Shown: positions 41,612 to 52,300 of the stretch, in pieces
How positions within the stretch are numbered: the stretch's first letter is position 1
Layout of the letters: every line of letters begins with the position of its first letter
Assembly (NCBI GenBank): GCA_963826865.1
Contig: CAWGYQ010000007.1
Location: forward strand, 278,665-342,664
DNA length: 64,000 nucleotides
Direction: 5' to 3'
Source of the DNA: an uncultured Acidobacteriota bacterium
GTDB lineage: Bacteria > Acidobacteriota > Vicinamibacteria > Vicinamibacterales > CAVPJW01
Position numbers and translations under genes: made by a program
The notes under the pieces: model-generated
Told to the model about the DNA's origin: nothing
Seen by the model: only the letters and a program-made list of their open reading frames with translations
Database searches by the model: none

Positions 41612-42688
41612 ATGGCAAGCGCCGTTGCTCGTCGGTCTTCCGAAACTGGCCTCTCGGCGAATCCTACCATGAACCTCCGTCCGCTCTCCGATGCGCTCTG
41701 GCGTAAACGGTCGCGTGCATTGCTCAAGTCGTGGCCAGGGCTCTTGGACGGTGATGACGAAGCGCTGCACAAGGTACGCGTCGCGTCGCGACGCATTCGC
41801 GAGGCCCTTCCAATCCTCGTGAGCGGCGGCAATGGCAAGGTCAAGAAAGCGCGTCGCCAGGTTCGACGCATCACGCGCGTACTCGGGCCCGTTCGCGAGC
41901 TCGATGTCGCGCTGGCGGCGCTCGCCAAGCTCGAACAGGAGCGGCCCACGCTGGGGCGTGCCATCGAACAGGTGCGTGAGCGGATTGCGGCGGATCGCGC
42001 CGAACACCGCGCCAGGCTCGTCGAGGAGATCGGAAAAGTCGATATCAAGAAGCTGAACCGGCGAATCGACGCGCTCGTCGACGCATCGGACGAGCGACGC
42101 ATGCAGGGCGCGAAAGACGCGACGGCCTGGCGCGCCGTTCTCGCCGCCAGGGTTGCGCGGCGGGCCGAGGCGCTTCGACGTGCGATTGATCGCGCCGGCT
42201 CCATCTACCTACCCGATCGCCTTCACGCGGTCCGTGTGGCCGTCAAGAAGCTCCGCTACGCTGTGGAGCTCACGCAGGAGGCGGATCGGTCGCGCCACAC
42301 CCGCGCCCTGGCGACGCTCAGAGGCGTGCAGGACACGCTGGGGCGCCTCCACGATCTGGAAGTTCTCGGCGATCGCGTGCGATCGCTGGAAGGGTCGCTC
42401 AAGCCGTCCGCGCACACGGCGCTTGGAAACCTCAACGCGCTGGTGCGCTTGATCGAGGACGACTGCCGCGAGCTGCATGCCGCCTACGTGGCGCGCCGCG
42501 ACGCGTTGCTCGACGTCGCCGCGGCCTCGGCCTCCGAGCTCGGACACGCCCTCGCGGTGGCCTCGCCGCGCCCAGTGCGCGTCCTCGCCTCGCGCAGCGG
42601 CCGGACCGGCAGCACCGGTCGAAGCTCCGCTGCTGATGCGGGATCGTTCGGAGCGTCCGGCCGCGACGGGCGTGGTGTCGATGGCTGA
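41612..42688 (+). CDS. CHAD domain-containing protein
   Basis: 358-aa ORF with repeated CHAD helices carrying conserved H/R/K (LHKVRVASRRIREAL, LHAVRVAVKKLRYAVEL). ATG 41612 sits inside a TATAAT hexamer, so ATG 41669 (MNLRPLS) is an alternative start. Confidence 0.85.
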   Translation: MASAVARRSSETGLSANPTMNLRPLSDALWRKRSRALLKSWPGLLDGDDEALHKVRVASRRIREALPILVSGGNGKVKKARRQVRRITRVLGPVRELDVALAALAKLEQERPTLGRAIEQVRERIAADRAEHRARLVEEIGKVDIKKLNRRIDALVDASDERRMQGAKDATAWRAVLAARVARRAEALRRAIDRAGSIYLPDRLHAVRVAVKKLRYAVELTQEADRSRHTRALATLRGVQDTLGRLHDLEVLGDRVRSLEGSLKPSAHTALGNLNALVRLIEDDCRELHAAYVARRDALLDVAAASASELGHALAVASPRPVRVLASRSGRTGSTGRSSAADAGSFGASGRDGRGVDG

Positions 42689-43187
42689 GCGAATCGAGCT
42701 GTACCTCATCCGGCACGGACTGGCGGCCGAGCGCGGACCTGAATACCCCGACGACACCAAGAGACCCCTGACGACGAAGGGCATCACGCGCCTCAAGCGC
42801 GAGGCCTGTGCGCTGGTGGAGCTCGACATCACATTCGACGCCATCTTGACGAGTCCGCTTGTCCGCTGCCGCCAGACGGCCGAGGTCTTCGCGTCAACCC
42901 TGCAGTCCAAGCCTTCCATTATGAATGTCGATGCGTTGGCCCCCGGCGGCACCTTCGGCGCGATCGTCGACGAGCTCGCGCGGCACACACGACGCGAGCG
43001 TCTCGCGCTCGTCGGACACGAGCCCGACCTCGGGCAGCTGGCCGCCCGCCTGATCGGCGCGAAGCGCTCGCTCGAGTTCAAGAAGGGCGCCATCTGTCGC
43101 ATCGACGTGACGGCCCTGCCGCCGACCGGACCCGGGAGCCTGGCCTGGTTCGCCACGCCGAAAATGCTGCGGGTCATCGGCAAGTAG
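42681..43187 (+). CDS. sixA: Phosphohistidine phosphatase SixA
   Basis: Start set at ATG 42681 (MAERIELYLIRHG), overlapping the CHAD stop by 8 nt. Has the RHG motif, SPLVRCRQTA and LVGHEPDL. Confidence 0.85.
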   Translation: MAERIELYLIRHGLAAERGPEYPDDTKRPLTTKGITRLKREACALVELDITFDAILTSPLVRCRQTAEVFASTLQSKPSIMNVDALAPGGTFGAIVDELARHTRRERLALVGHEPDLGQLAARLIGAKRSLEFKKGAICRIDVTALPPTGPGSLAWFATPKMLRVIGK

Positions 43188-43195
43188 CACCGTCC

Positions 43196-44096
43196 GTGCA
43201 CGTCGCCGTCATTGTCAATCCCATCGCCGGATCCCGGGGTCGCGACGCCGGGAGGTCCCGCGCGGAGCTGGCCACGCGTCTGCTCGCCGACGCGGGCGCC
43301 AGTCACGAGATCCTGGTGACCGAGCGGGGGGGCCATGCGCGAGAGTTGGCCGAGGGCGCCGTGCGTCGCGGCGCGACGGTGGTGTGTGCGTGGGGCGGTG
43401 ACGGGACCGTGAACGAGGTGGCGACGACCCTCGTCGGCGGTCATGTGCCGCTCGCGATCGTTCCCGCCGGCTCTGGCAACGGGCTTGCCCGCGAACTGGG
43501 CGTACCCTTCGCACCTGCCGAGGCATTGAAGCTGGCTCTCGGCGCCGCCGAATGCCGCATCGATGTGGGGGAGTTCGGCGGGCGGCGGTTCATGAACATG
43601 GCGGGCGTCGGATTCGACGCGGCCGTCTCGGCGCGCTTCGCGGCGGGCAAGCGCCGGGGCTTCGTGCGCTACCTGTCGATTGCCGCCACGGGGATGCGAT
43701 CCTATCGGCCGGCACGATACGACGTGGCGGTCGATGGCGTGACGACGAGCGTCGTCGCGTGGATGATCGTGCTCGCCAACTCGCGACAGTACCGGCAGCG
43801 GCGCCATCATCGCGCCGGGGGCGAAGCCCGACGACGGCCAGCTCGAGCTGGTAGTCGTGCACGACCAGCCGGCATGGCGCATTGCCGCCAGAAGCATCGA
43901 CCTGTTTCGGGGGACCCTCGATGAGCGATCCGGAGTGAGCTTCCGGGCGATTGAGAAGGTCAGCATCACCGGTGACACCCCGCTCGTGTTTCATGTGGAT
44001 GGCGAACCGGTGGAGGGTGGCCGGACGCTGGACGCGACCATTCATCCCAAGGCGCTCAGCGTGAAAGTGCCCGTCGGCTACTCGACGAAGCGGTAG
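43196..44096 (+). pseudogene. YegS/BmrU-type lipid (diacylglycerol) kinase with one single-base insertion
   Basis: Has DAGK_cat motifs VIVNPIAGSRG, GGDGTVNEV and PAGSGNGLAR. The frame breaks at cag tac[c] ggc agc (43792/43793), after which the sequence ...GSGAIIAPGAKPDDGQLELVVV... continues into track ORF 43857-44096. The length is 901 nt. Confidence 0.85.
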
Positions 44097-44767
44097 CCGA
44101 GTCCGACAATGGTCTCGATTTGCCGGCCCGCGGCGCCGAGCTTGCCGCGAAGCCGTCCGACGTGGACGTCGACCGATCGCGTCTCGACCAGCCGATCGCA
44201 TCCCCACACGCGCTCCAGCAGACGGTCGCGCGAGAGCACGCGATTCTTGTTCTCGACCAGATACCGCAGCAGCTCGAACTCGCGCCTCGTCAGGCGAATG
44301 GACGTGCCGTCGACGGCGATGGCGACGGCGTCGAAGTCCGCCGTCAGATGGCGTCCCTGATACGTGGCGGGTCGCGGGCCGTTTGGTGTCTGCCCGCGAC
44401 GGAGGACGGCCCGCACCCGGGCCACCAGCTCGGCGAGGCTGAAGGGCTTGGTGACGTAGTCGTCGGCGCCCAGCTCCAGCCCGGCCACGCGGTCGGACTC
44501 GCTCGTTCGGGCCGTTAACATGATGATGGGCAGATTGGCCGTCGTCGGGCGGGAGCGGAGGATGCGGCAGACTTCCATGCCGTCCAGGAATGGCAGATTC
44601 AGATCGAGGATCACGAGGTCGGGAGGCGACTCGACAACGGACTTGAGTGCGGCCGCGCCGGTGCCGGCGATCTCAGCTTCCAGATCACCCCGCCGCTCGA
44701 GCGTGTGCTTGATGAGCCCGGCAATGTCGTGCTCGTCCTCGACGACCAGCACGCGCGATTTGTTCAC
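44078..44767 (-). CDS. OmpR/PhoB-family response regulator (no adjacent kinase)
   Basis: Has REC (VLVVEDEHDIA, LVILDLNLPFLDG) plus a winged helix (LTRREFELLRYLVEN, VDVHVGRLRGKL). Start set at GTG 44767, which is preceded by AGGAG 5 nt upstream. The ORF opens at 44836. Confidence 0.85.
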   Translation of the reverse strand: MNKSRVLVVEDEHDIAGLIKHTLERRGDLEAEIAGTGAAALKSVVESPPDLVILDLNLPFLDGMEVCRILRSRPTTANLPIIMLTARTSESDRVAGLELGADDYVTKPFSLAELVARVRAVLRRGQTPNGPRPATYQGRHLTADFDAVAIAVDGTSIRLTRREFELLRYLVENKNRVLSRDRLLERVWGCDRLVETRSVDVHVGRLRGKLGAAGRQIETIVGLGYRFVE

Positions 44768-44922
44768 ATGGTCTCCTGGCAGCGCGCTCCTCACGGCCAT
44801 TGCCGCAGTCCGGTAGCGCCACACCGACGGTACCACTCGCGCATTTCGGTTGCGTGACCTTCGCGTTAAATCTGGGTTAAGACTCTGACGTACGGCGCAG
44901 TCCTGTCTCGGCCGGCTTCCTC

Positions 44923-44951
44923 TTGACCACGCGCTTCAATATTTCTACGCT
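44923..44951 (+). promoter_or_regulatory. Candidate sigma70-type promoter TTGACC-N17-TACGCT
   Basis: TTGACC (44923-44928) is separated by 17 nt from TACGCT (44946-44951). It lies 25 nt upstream of ATG 44976. Confidence 0.4.
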
Positions 44952-44975
44952 CTGCGTGGCTGCTTCGAGCCGCCG

Positions 44976-45827
44976 ATGCACTCGAGGCCATGGAAGCCCC
45001 TGGATCATCCAATGCACAGACTTCGTTTCACGGGAACTTGTGACGAGAGTGAGTTCACATCACGGTGTCGCGAACTCCCGTGGTGGTACCACAGTTATTA
45101 CTTCGATAACGGGTTCACGCAACGTGGCGATTACGATATCGGCCGCGATATAGGAGGCTATGGGTTTCCGGAAGACATGTCTGGCATGTCTGTTCTGGAC
45201 ATCGGGACGGGAGCTGGCTGGTTTGCGACCTATTTCGAGCAACATGGCGCCACGGTCATCACGGTCGATGCGCGAGGCCACTGCGATTTCGACGTCTTTG
45301 GCCGTGCCGAGTATCCGGATGTCACCGCCGAGAAGTCTGCACCCGATCGAATCCTGCCCGATGGCAGTCCGATCTACTACAGCCCTGTAAGCCAGGGATT
45401 CTGGATAATGAAGGATATTCTCGGCCTCAAAGCGGAGTATGTGAACAGCCGTGTCTACGAGGTCGGGCAGAAATTGAAGGGACGGAAGTTCGACCTGATT
45501 TTCATGGGCGCCGTGTTGATGCACCTTCGTGACCCGATCGGGGCGCTCATGGCCCTTCGTCCATTGTGCGCGGATAGATTGATCGCGACCTCCTTTCTGA
45601 CAGGGGGGGACGACGAACCCCCGATGATGCGTATGTTTGAAGCTGATCTGTTTACATGGTGGCTGCCGAACAAGCGCTGCTTGTTGAGGTGGTTCAGTGC
45701 CGGCGGCTTTTCGCGCATAGAGGCGGATGGTGTTCTGGATCTCACTGTCGACAAACCGTTCATCAATAGCGCCGGATACCCAAGCGCGGCGAATCAGACG
45801 CTCGCTCTGGTCAACGCGTACGTCTGA
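44976..45827 (+). CDS. DUF1698/CmoB-like class I SAM-dependent methyltransferase (lower-GC gene)
   Basis: 283-aa ORF. Has WWYHSYYFDNGFTQRGDYDIG followed by SAM motif I VLDIGTGAGWFATYFEQHGATVITVD. Its codons are visibly richer in A/T at the third position than those of neighbouring genes. Confidence 0.75.
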   Translation: MHSRPWKPLDHPMHRLRFTGTCDESEFTSRCRELPWWYHSYYFDNGFTQRGDYDIGRDIGGYGFPEDMSGMSVLDIGTGAGWFATYFEQHGATVITVDARGHCDFDVFGRAEYPDVTAEKSAPDRILPDGSPIYYSPVSQGFWIMKDILGLKAEYVNSRVYEVGQKLKGRKFDLIFMGAVLMHLRDPIGALMALRPLCADRLIATSFLTGGDDEPPMMRMFEADLFTWWLPNKRCLLRWFSAGGFSRIEADGVLDLTVDKPFINSAGYPSAANQTLALVNAYV

Positions 45828-45988
45828 AGTCAAGGGGCCAGCATGGTCATGACCGAGGCACGAAGGAGCCGGGCTCCGTCACTCGGATCGCAGCGCGAGC
45901 ATCGGATCAAGCCGCGCCGCGCGCCTCAGCATCCGCAGGGCGTAGACCACGTCACGCCCGAATTCGCCAAGGCGATCTGTGTGTGCGC

Positions 45989-46101
45989 TCAAGGCGTGTC
46001 GTCCTTCGATGTGACATCCATCACCCGGGTCACGGCATGGGCGAGCTCGTTCACCGAGTCCGGCCGATCGGCGCCGATGTTGAACACCTGGTCGAGCGCC
46101 G
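45989..46101 (-). pseudogene. C-terminal remnant of an NAD-dependent epimerase/dehydratase-like gene
   Basis: The minus-strand reading directly after the glgC stop gives ALDQVFNIGADRPDSVNELAHAVTRVMDVTSKDDTP*. This resembles the xVFNIGxxxxxSVNELA segment of SDR epimerases. There is no start codon and no N-terminal Rossmann part. Confidence 0.35.
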
Positions 46102-47373
<1,272 letters not shown>

Positions 47374-47427
47374 AGGGCTAGGTCGAAGGCCGGCGCGATT
47401 CGATCAGAGAGCGGACGAAGCCAGCCG

Positions 47428-48564
47428 TCACGGTACGGCGGCCTCCGCGGGCGGGACGAGCAGCGCGATTGGTCGGCCCGCCGCGGGATTGTGTTCCGAG
47501 TAGTCGAATCCCAGGAGCGCGGCCATCGTGGCCGCGATCTGATTCTGGTAGAGAGGTGTGAGGGTTGCCCATTCACCGCGCCGTTCGCTGTCCGGAGAAG
47601 CCAGAACGAGCCAGATGTTCTCGGCGCCGCTGATCCGGGCGCCGTGGCTGTGCCAGTCGCGCCCGCGCATGCCACGTCCGTGATCCGTCGTGACGACCAG
47701 CGCTGTCGTTCCCCGATACTGATCGATCGACTGGAGCGTGTCCCAGAGCTGACGGAGATAGCCGTCGAGGTGCGCCAGCGATTCGAGCACCCGATCATAG
47801 CGCTTGATGTGGGCCCAGTCGTCGGTTTCGTCGAACGCGATATAGAGCACACGCGGACGGGTGGTTTCCAGGTACGCGCGCGCGAAGCGGAACGTCAAGG
47901 CATCGTAGCGGACGTCTTCCCAGGTGTTGGGAATTTCGGCCTGCAGGTCGCTCAGCGCGCGCACGACGGGATCGGGATGGTCGAACGGCTCGGGCCCGGC
48001 GCTCACGGTGGTGGTGCCGGGCGTGTGCTCGACGATTTGGCGAAACGTGCCCCAGGATCCAAACGTCGCGATCTCCCGCTGGTCGAGGCCCATCTTCGTG
48101 CGCAGGTATTCCAGGACGGTCGCATACGGGTTCTGAAGCGGCTCGTTGCCCTTGATGACGTCGTCGTGCGGCTGGCCCGTCAGGATCTCCGAGTACCCCG
48201 GGTATGACACACGGTGACGATTCGTCACGAGGACACGGCTGCCGCGTCGTTCGTTGCCCGCAATCGATCCGTGCTCGCGGAGCAGCGTGTCCCAGAGAAA
48301 CGGCATGAGGCGGCGGCGCCTGTCCTCGGGAGTCGGAGCGTCGAAGCGAGCCGTGATAGCGGTGTAGAGCTTTCGGATCGCGGGCGTACTCTCAGCGCTC
48401 GCTGCGTCGAGAATCTGCCGGTCGAGCCCGCCGAAGATCTCCTGCGTGCGCACGCCATCGAACGTCACGAGCACGAGGTTCTGTGTGCGCCGTTGGGTCG
48501 TGACCCCAGTGCCAGCCACGATCACCAGCGCAAGCATTCCCCCGAGCCAGAGTCCTCTTCTCAT
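47428..48564 (-). CDS. Alkaline-phosphatase-superfamily enzyme (type I phosphodiesterase/nucleotide pyrophosphatase-like), secreted
   Basis: Start set at MRRGLWLGGMLALVIVAG. Has LVLVTFDGVR near the N-terminus and VVTTDHGRG...WHSHG near the C-terminus, typical of AP-superfamily metal sites. Confidence 0.7.
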   Translation of the reverse strand: MRRGLWLGGMLALVIVAGTGVTTQRRTQNLVLVTFDGVRTQEIFGGLDRQILDAASAESTPAIRKLYTAITARFDAPTPEDRRRRLMPFLWDTLLREHGSIAGNERRGSRVLVTNRHRVSYPGYSEILTGQPHDDVIKGNEPLQNPYATVLEYLRTKMGLDQREIATFGSWGTFRQIVEHTPGTTTVSAGPEPFDHPDPVVRALSDLQAEIPNTWEDVRYDALTFRFARAYLETTRPRVLYIAFDETDDWAHIKRYDRVLESLAHLDGYLRQLWDTLQSIDQYRGTTALVVTTDHGRGMRGRDWHSHGARISGAENIWLVLASPDSERRGEWATLTPLYQNQIAATMAALLGFDYSEHNPAAGRPIALLVPPAEAAVP

Positions 48565-48734
48565 ATCTGCACCTCGTGGCGCATCGCGGCACGCCGGCAC
48601 AGCTTACCGCAGGGTCAACTTTTTACGTCGACTTCATCCTGTCGAGGCGGACTCGTTACCGACGGGCTTCAAACTGCGGGCATGGCGAGGTCTCTGGCAC
48701 TCGCTCGATCGCATCCTGGGCAGGGCGCCAGGCA

Positions 48735-49473
48735 GTGACGCTCGTATGCAGCGTCATTGTCTGTGCATTCAACGAAGAACGGCACATTGAAGCGTGCCTT
48801 CACTCGCTGCTCGCGCAGACTCGCCGCCCGGACGAAGTCCTCGTCGTCAACAACGCCAGTACCGATCGCACGGCCGAGCTCGCGGGCCGCATTCCCGGCA
48901 TCCGGGTCGTGAGCGAACCGCGCAAAGGCCTGGTCCTGGCTCGTGAAGCCGGCCGGCGTGCGGCATCCGGCGACGTGCTCGCCTACGTGGACGCCGACTG
49001 TCGAGCGCCGCTCTACTGGCTGGAGCGCGTCGAGCAACATTTCATCGCGGCGGGGTGTCTCGCCGCCGTCAGCGGGGGATATCGCTTCTACGACTGGGAT
49101 CTCGCCAGCCGCGTGCTCGTGCGCGCCTACGACCATCTGGTGGCGCCCATCGGTCATTTCCTGGTTCAGGACGTACTGCGATTGGGCGCAATTCTTTACG
49201 GTGGCAACTTTGCGGTCAGACGGCGCGCGCTCGAGGCGATTGGCGGCTTCGACACCTCCATCGATTTTCACGGCGAGGACACCAATCTCGGGCGACGCCT
49301 TGCCGCGGTCGGCCGCGTGCGGTTGAGCCACCGCTGCTATCTGTACACGTCGGCCCGACGGTATCGGGCGATGGGCCGCGCGCGCGTATTCCGTCTGTCA
49401 CTTCGCAAACTTCTGCTCAGAAATCCTGCGGCATCGTCCCGCGGATCGCACGCATCTGGACGTGAGGACCTGA
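48735..49473 (+). CDS. Family 2 glycosyltransferase; probable frame switch near 49372-49386
   Basis: GTG start (VTLVCSVIVCAFNEERHI). Has GT2 motifs NNASTDRT, YVDADC and GGNFAVRR. After ...SARRYRAMGR the track frame turns low-complexity and overlaps the PHP gene. The +1 frame reads AYSVCHFANFCSEILRHRPADRTHLDVRT* and stops at 49471-49473, 1 nt before ATG 49475. Confidence 0.7.
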
Positions 49474-49474
49474 G

Positions 49475-50221
49475 ATGCCGGGATACGAGCCGTTTCTGTT
49501 GTGCGATTTTCATGTCCACACGCAGTGGAGCGACGGCCGTCTGACGATCCGGGACGTCGTGGATCTCTACGGGCAGACGGGCCGCTTCGACGTGATCGCC
49601 ATCACCGACCACATTCTGCAGAAACGAGATCTCCTTGCGCGCGCGGGGCGGCTCGCCACGCTGGGATACCGGCGGTTCTCGCTGACCGAGGACCGGTTTC
49701 GAGCCTATCTGCAGGAAATCGCGGACGAGGGGCGTCGTGCTCGGCGCGAATATGGGCTCGTCGTCATCCCCGGGGCGGAGATTACCCAGAACCACCTGCG
49801 CCCGCGCAAGAACGCGCACATCATCGCACTCGACATCAAACAGTTCATCAGCGCGGATCAGGATGCCGAGGCCATCCTGAAGGAGATCAGGCGGCAGGAC
49901 GCCGTGAGCATCGCCTGCCATCCTCACCATCGCACCACCAGGCGCATCGAGATCAGCACCTGCTATCTCTGGGACCACCGCAAGCAACTCTCGAATCTCG
50001 TGGACGTCTGGGAGGCAGCGAACCGCGACGACTTGTTCTCGGTGACGAGCCTGAAACATTACCCTTACGTCGCGAACAGCGACTTTCACAAGCCCAAGCA
50101 TCTGTACTCGTGGAAGACGTTGTTGAGGTGCCGCAAGGACTGGGAGTCCATCAAGGCTGCGCTCAGGGCCAACGTAGACATTGCCATTACCCTGTACCGG
50201 AATGGTTCATGCGCGGCCTGA
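49475..50221 (+). CDS. PHP-domain metal-dependent phosphoesterase
   Basis: 248-aa ORF. Has CDFHVHTQWSDG (HxH), VIAITDH and IACHPHH. Confidence 0.8.
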   Translation: MPGYEPFLLCDFHVHTQWSDGRLTIRDVVDLYGQTGRFDVIAITDHILQKRDLLARAGRLATLGYRRFSLTEDRFRAYLQEIADEGRRARREYGLVVIPGAEITQNHLRPRKNAHIIALDIKQFISADQDAEAILKEIRRQDAVSIACHPHHRTTRRIEISTCYLWDHRKQLSNLVDVWEAANRDDLFSVTSLKHYPYVANSDFHKPKHLYSWKTLLRCRKDWESIKAALRANVDIAITLYRNGSCAA

Positions 50222-50291
50222 GGGGGAGCTGGGTGCGCCGGACGCCAGCCCGTGCTAGAAATGGCTTGCGCCCTTCGCGGCGCGCGCCGTT

Positions 50292-51641
50292 GTGCCCTCC
50301 ACTGCTCCCCGTCGTCTGCCCGGACCACGCGATCTTTTCTTCGACGTGCGCCATTTGCAGGCGCTGCAGCGCGACCCGCTCGAATTCCTGACCGGCCTGA
50401 CCAACAGATTCGGCGACGCGGTGGGCTTGCGTGTCGGCCCCCGCCTGGTCGCGCTCTTCCGACATCCCGAGGCGATCGAAGAGGTGCTCGTGAAGCGCGA
50501 CCGCTTCTTCACGAAGGGCCGGGCTCTGCAGCGAGCCAAGCGCGTGCTCGGTGAAGGGCTCCTCACGAGCGAGGGCGCGCATCATCTCCGGCAGAGACGT
50601 CTCGCTCAGCCGGCCTTCCATCGGGACCGCATCGCAACGTATGCCGACAGCATGGCAAGTCTCGCAGCACAGTGGTCGAACCTGTGGCGCCACGGCGAGC
50701 GCTATGACATCGCCGCCGAGATGAACCGTGTCACGCTGGCCATCGTCACGCGCACCTTGTTCGGGGCCGACATTGGCGATCGTGCCGCGGAGGTGCGCGA
50801 TGCCCTGACGACGGTCATCGAAATGTTCGACCTTCAGGCCTCGCCGGTGACGGAATGGCTGGACCGCTTCCCGCTGCCACGGGTTCGCAGGTTCCGTGCC
50901 GCACAGGCGAAGTTGGATGCCGTCATCTACCGACTCATCGCCGATCGGCGCAACCAACCCGGCGACGGGTCAGACCTGCTGTCGCTCCTGCTCGCCGCGC
51001 GAGATGTGGCGGACGACGGCGAGGGCATGACGGACCAGCAACTTCGCGACGAGGCGATTACGGTCTTCCTGGCTGGCCACGAGACCACGGCAAATGCCTT
51101 GACCTGGACCTGGTGGCTCCTCGGTGGGCACCCCGCGGTCGAGCGTCAGTTCCATGCGGAGTTGGCCAATGCACTCGGCGGCCGGGTGCCGGGCATCGAC
51201 GACGTGGCCCGCCTCGGCTACACGCGAATGATTCTCGCCGAGGCCATGCGTCTCTATCCTCCAGCCTGGCTGATCGGCCGCCGTGCGGTCCAGGATGTCG
51301 AGATTGGAGGCTTCCGCGTGCGCGCGGGATCCATCGTGCTGGTCAGCCAGTGGATCACGCAGCGCGACGAGCGCTTTTTCTCCAATCCAGGTGCGTTCGT
51401 GCCAGAGCGGTGGAGTGGTGACGAGCTCCCGGCACGCCCGCGATATGCGTATTTTCCGTTCGGAGGCGGGAGTCGCGTCTGTATCGGCGAGTCGTTTGCA
51501 TGGATGGAGGGAGTTCTTGCGCTGGCGACGATAGGGCAGAGATGGAGACTGGTTCGGACTGACGAGTCGCCGGTTCGACTGTCGCCGAAGATCACCCTTC
51601 GGCCAGATGGTCCGCTCTGGATGGCCGCAGAGCGCCGGTGA
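50292..51641 (+). CDS. Cytochrome P450
   Basis: 449-aa ORF. Has the I-helix FLAGHETTA, the ExxR motif (EAMRLYPP) and the heme loop FPFGGGSRVCIGESFA. Confidence 0.95.
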   Translation: MPSTAPRRLPGPRDLFFDVRHLQALQRDPLEFLTGLTNRFGDAVGLRVGPRLVALFRHPEAIEEVLVKRDRFFTKGRALQRAKRVLGEGLLTSEGAHHLRQRRLAQPAFHRDRIATYADSMASLAAQWSNLWRHGERYDIAAEMNRVTLAIVTRTLFGADIGDRAAEVRDALTTVIEMFDLQASPVTEWLDRFPLPRVRRFRAAQAKLDAVIYRLIADRRNQPGDGSDLLSLLLAARDVADDGEGMTDQQLRDEAITVFLAGHETTANALTWTWWLLGGHPAVERQFHAELANALGGRVPGIDDVARLGYTRMILAEAMRLYPPAWLIGRRAVQDVEIGGFRVRAGSIVLVSQWITQRDERFFSNPGAFVPERWSGDELPARPRYAYFPFGGGSRVCIGESFAWMEGVLALATIGQRWRLVRTDESPVRLSPKITLRPDGPLWMAAERR

Positions 51642-51961
51642 GTCGCTTCGATTGCGCGCCGGCGTTACAAAGAATTTACAGGCTGGCGCTTGACCTTCTA
51701 CAGAATCAGCGCCCTTGTTTTGACGGTGTCAGCTCAACCGGTGGAGTGGCGATGGACCTCGTGAAGCGCATTCTCGACGGAGGGCACGTCCGGCAAATCG
51801 TCGTCCGGCACGCGGCCCGCTTGGGCTGGGACGTCTCAGAAGAGATGGACAGCCAGGTGCTGCGCGCGGTGCACTGTGAGGACTGGCACCGGGTCGAGCG
51901 GATGCTCAGTGTATTCGAGCTGACGGCGCGCGAGTTTGAGGCCGATTCCGTCGAACGCTGA
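51638..51961 (+). CDS. Hypothetical protein (weak call)
   Basis: 107-aa ORF whose GTG start overlaps the P450 stop, with an internal ATG at 51752. I recognise no similarity, and the local GC is lower. Confidence 0.3.
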   Translation: MSRFDCAPALQRIYRLALDLLQNQRPCFDGVSSTGGVAMDLVKRILDGGHVRQIVVRHAARLGWDVSEEMDSQVLRAVHCEDWHRVERMLSVFELTAREFEADSVER

Positions 51962-51978
51962 GCCCGCTTCTCCATTCA

Positions 51979-52009
51979 AAAAAAGCGCCAGCTGCCCTGA
52001 GGGTCAGCA
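51979..52009 (-). terminator. Candidate rho-independent terminator (minus strand)
   Basis: On the minus strand, GCTGACCCTCAGGGCAGC (a 7-bp stem with one bulge and a 3-nt loop) is followed by tggcgc and then T7 (the plus-strand A-run at 51979-51985). The 6-nt spacer weakens the call. Confidence 0.35.
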
Positions 52010-52087
52010 ACCGCCCACCGATGTCTGCAAACGCTACAGTCGCTGAAGCTCCGACCCCTCGTCGATGCGGCGATGCCGCCATCATCA

Positions 52088-52300
52088 TTAGAAGTTGAAG
52101 CGTAGCCCGAGCTGGCCGTCTCGGTGACGCGCCCTCGGCTGCGGGTCGAAGTCGAACGTCAGCTCCCGGTTTCTCTTCGACATACCCACCTCGAGCGCCT
52201 GGCCGCCGTTCGTCATTCCACAACTCTCGCGAAGAGAGCCGGCTGTTTTGATGGAGCCGCGACGAATGAGCCAAATGCGTGTCAATTCGGGTTCGGCCAC
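52088..52300 (-). pseudogene. Possible remnant of an outer-membrane beta-barrel gene (C-terminal strands only)
   Basis: 70-aa ORF ending ...ELTFDFDPQPRARHRDGQLGLRFNF*, an OMP-type terminal strand ending in Phe. The N-terminal 40 aa do not look like a barrel or a signal peptide. Confidence 0.3.
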
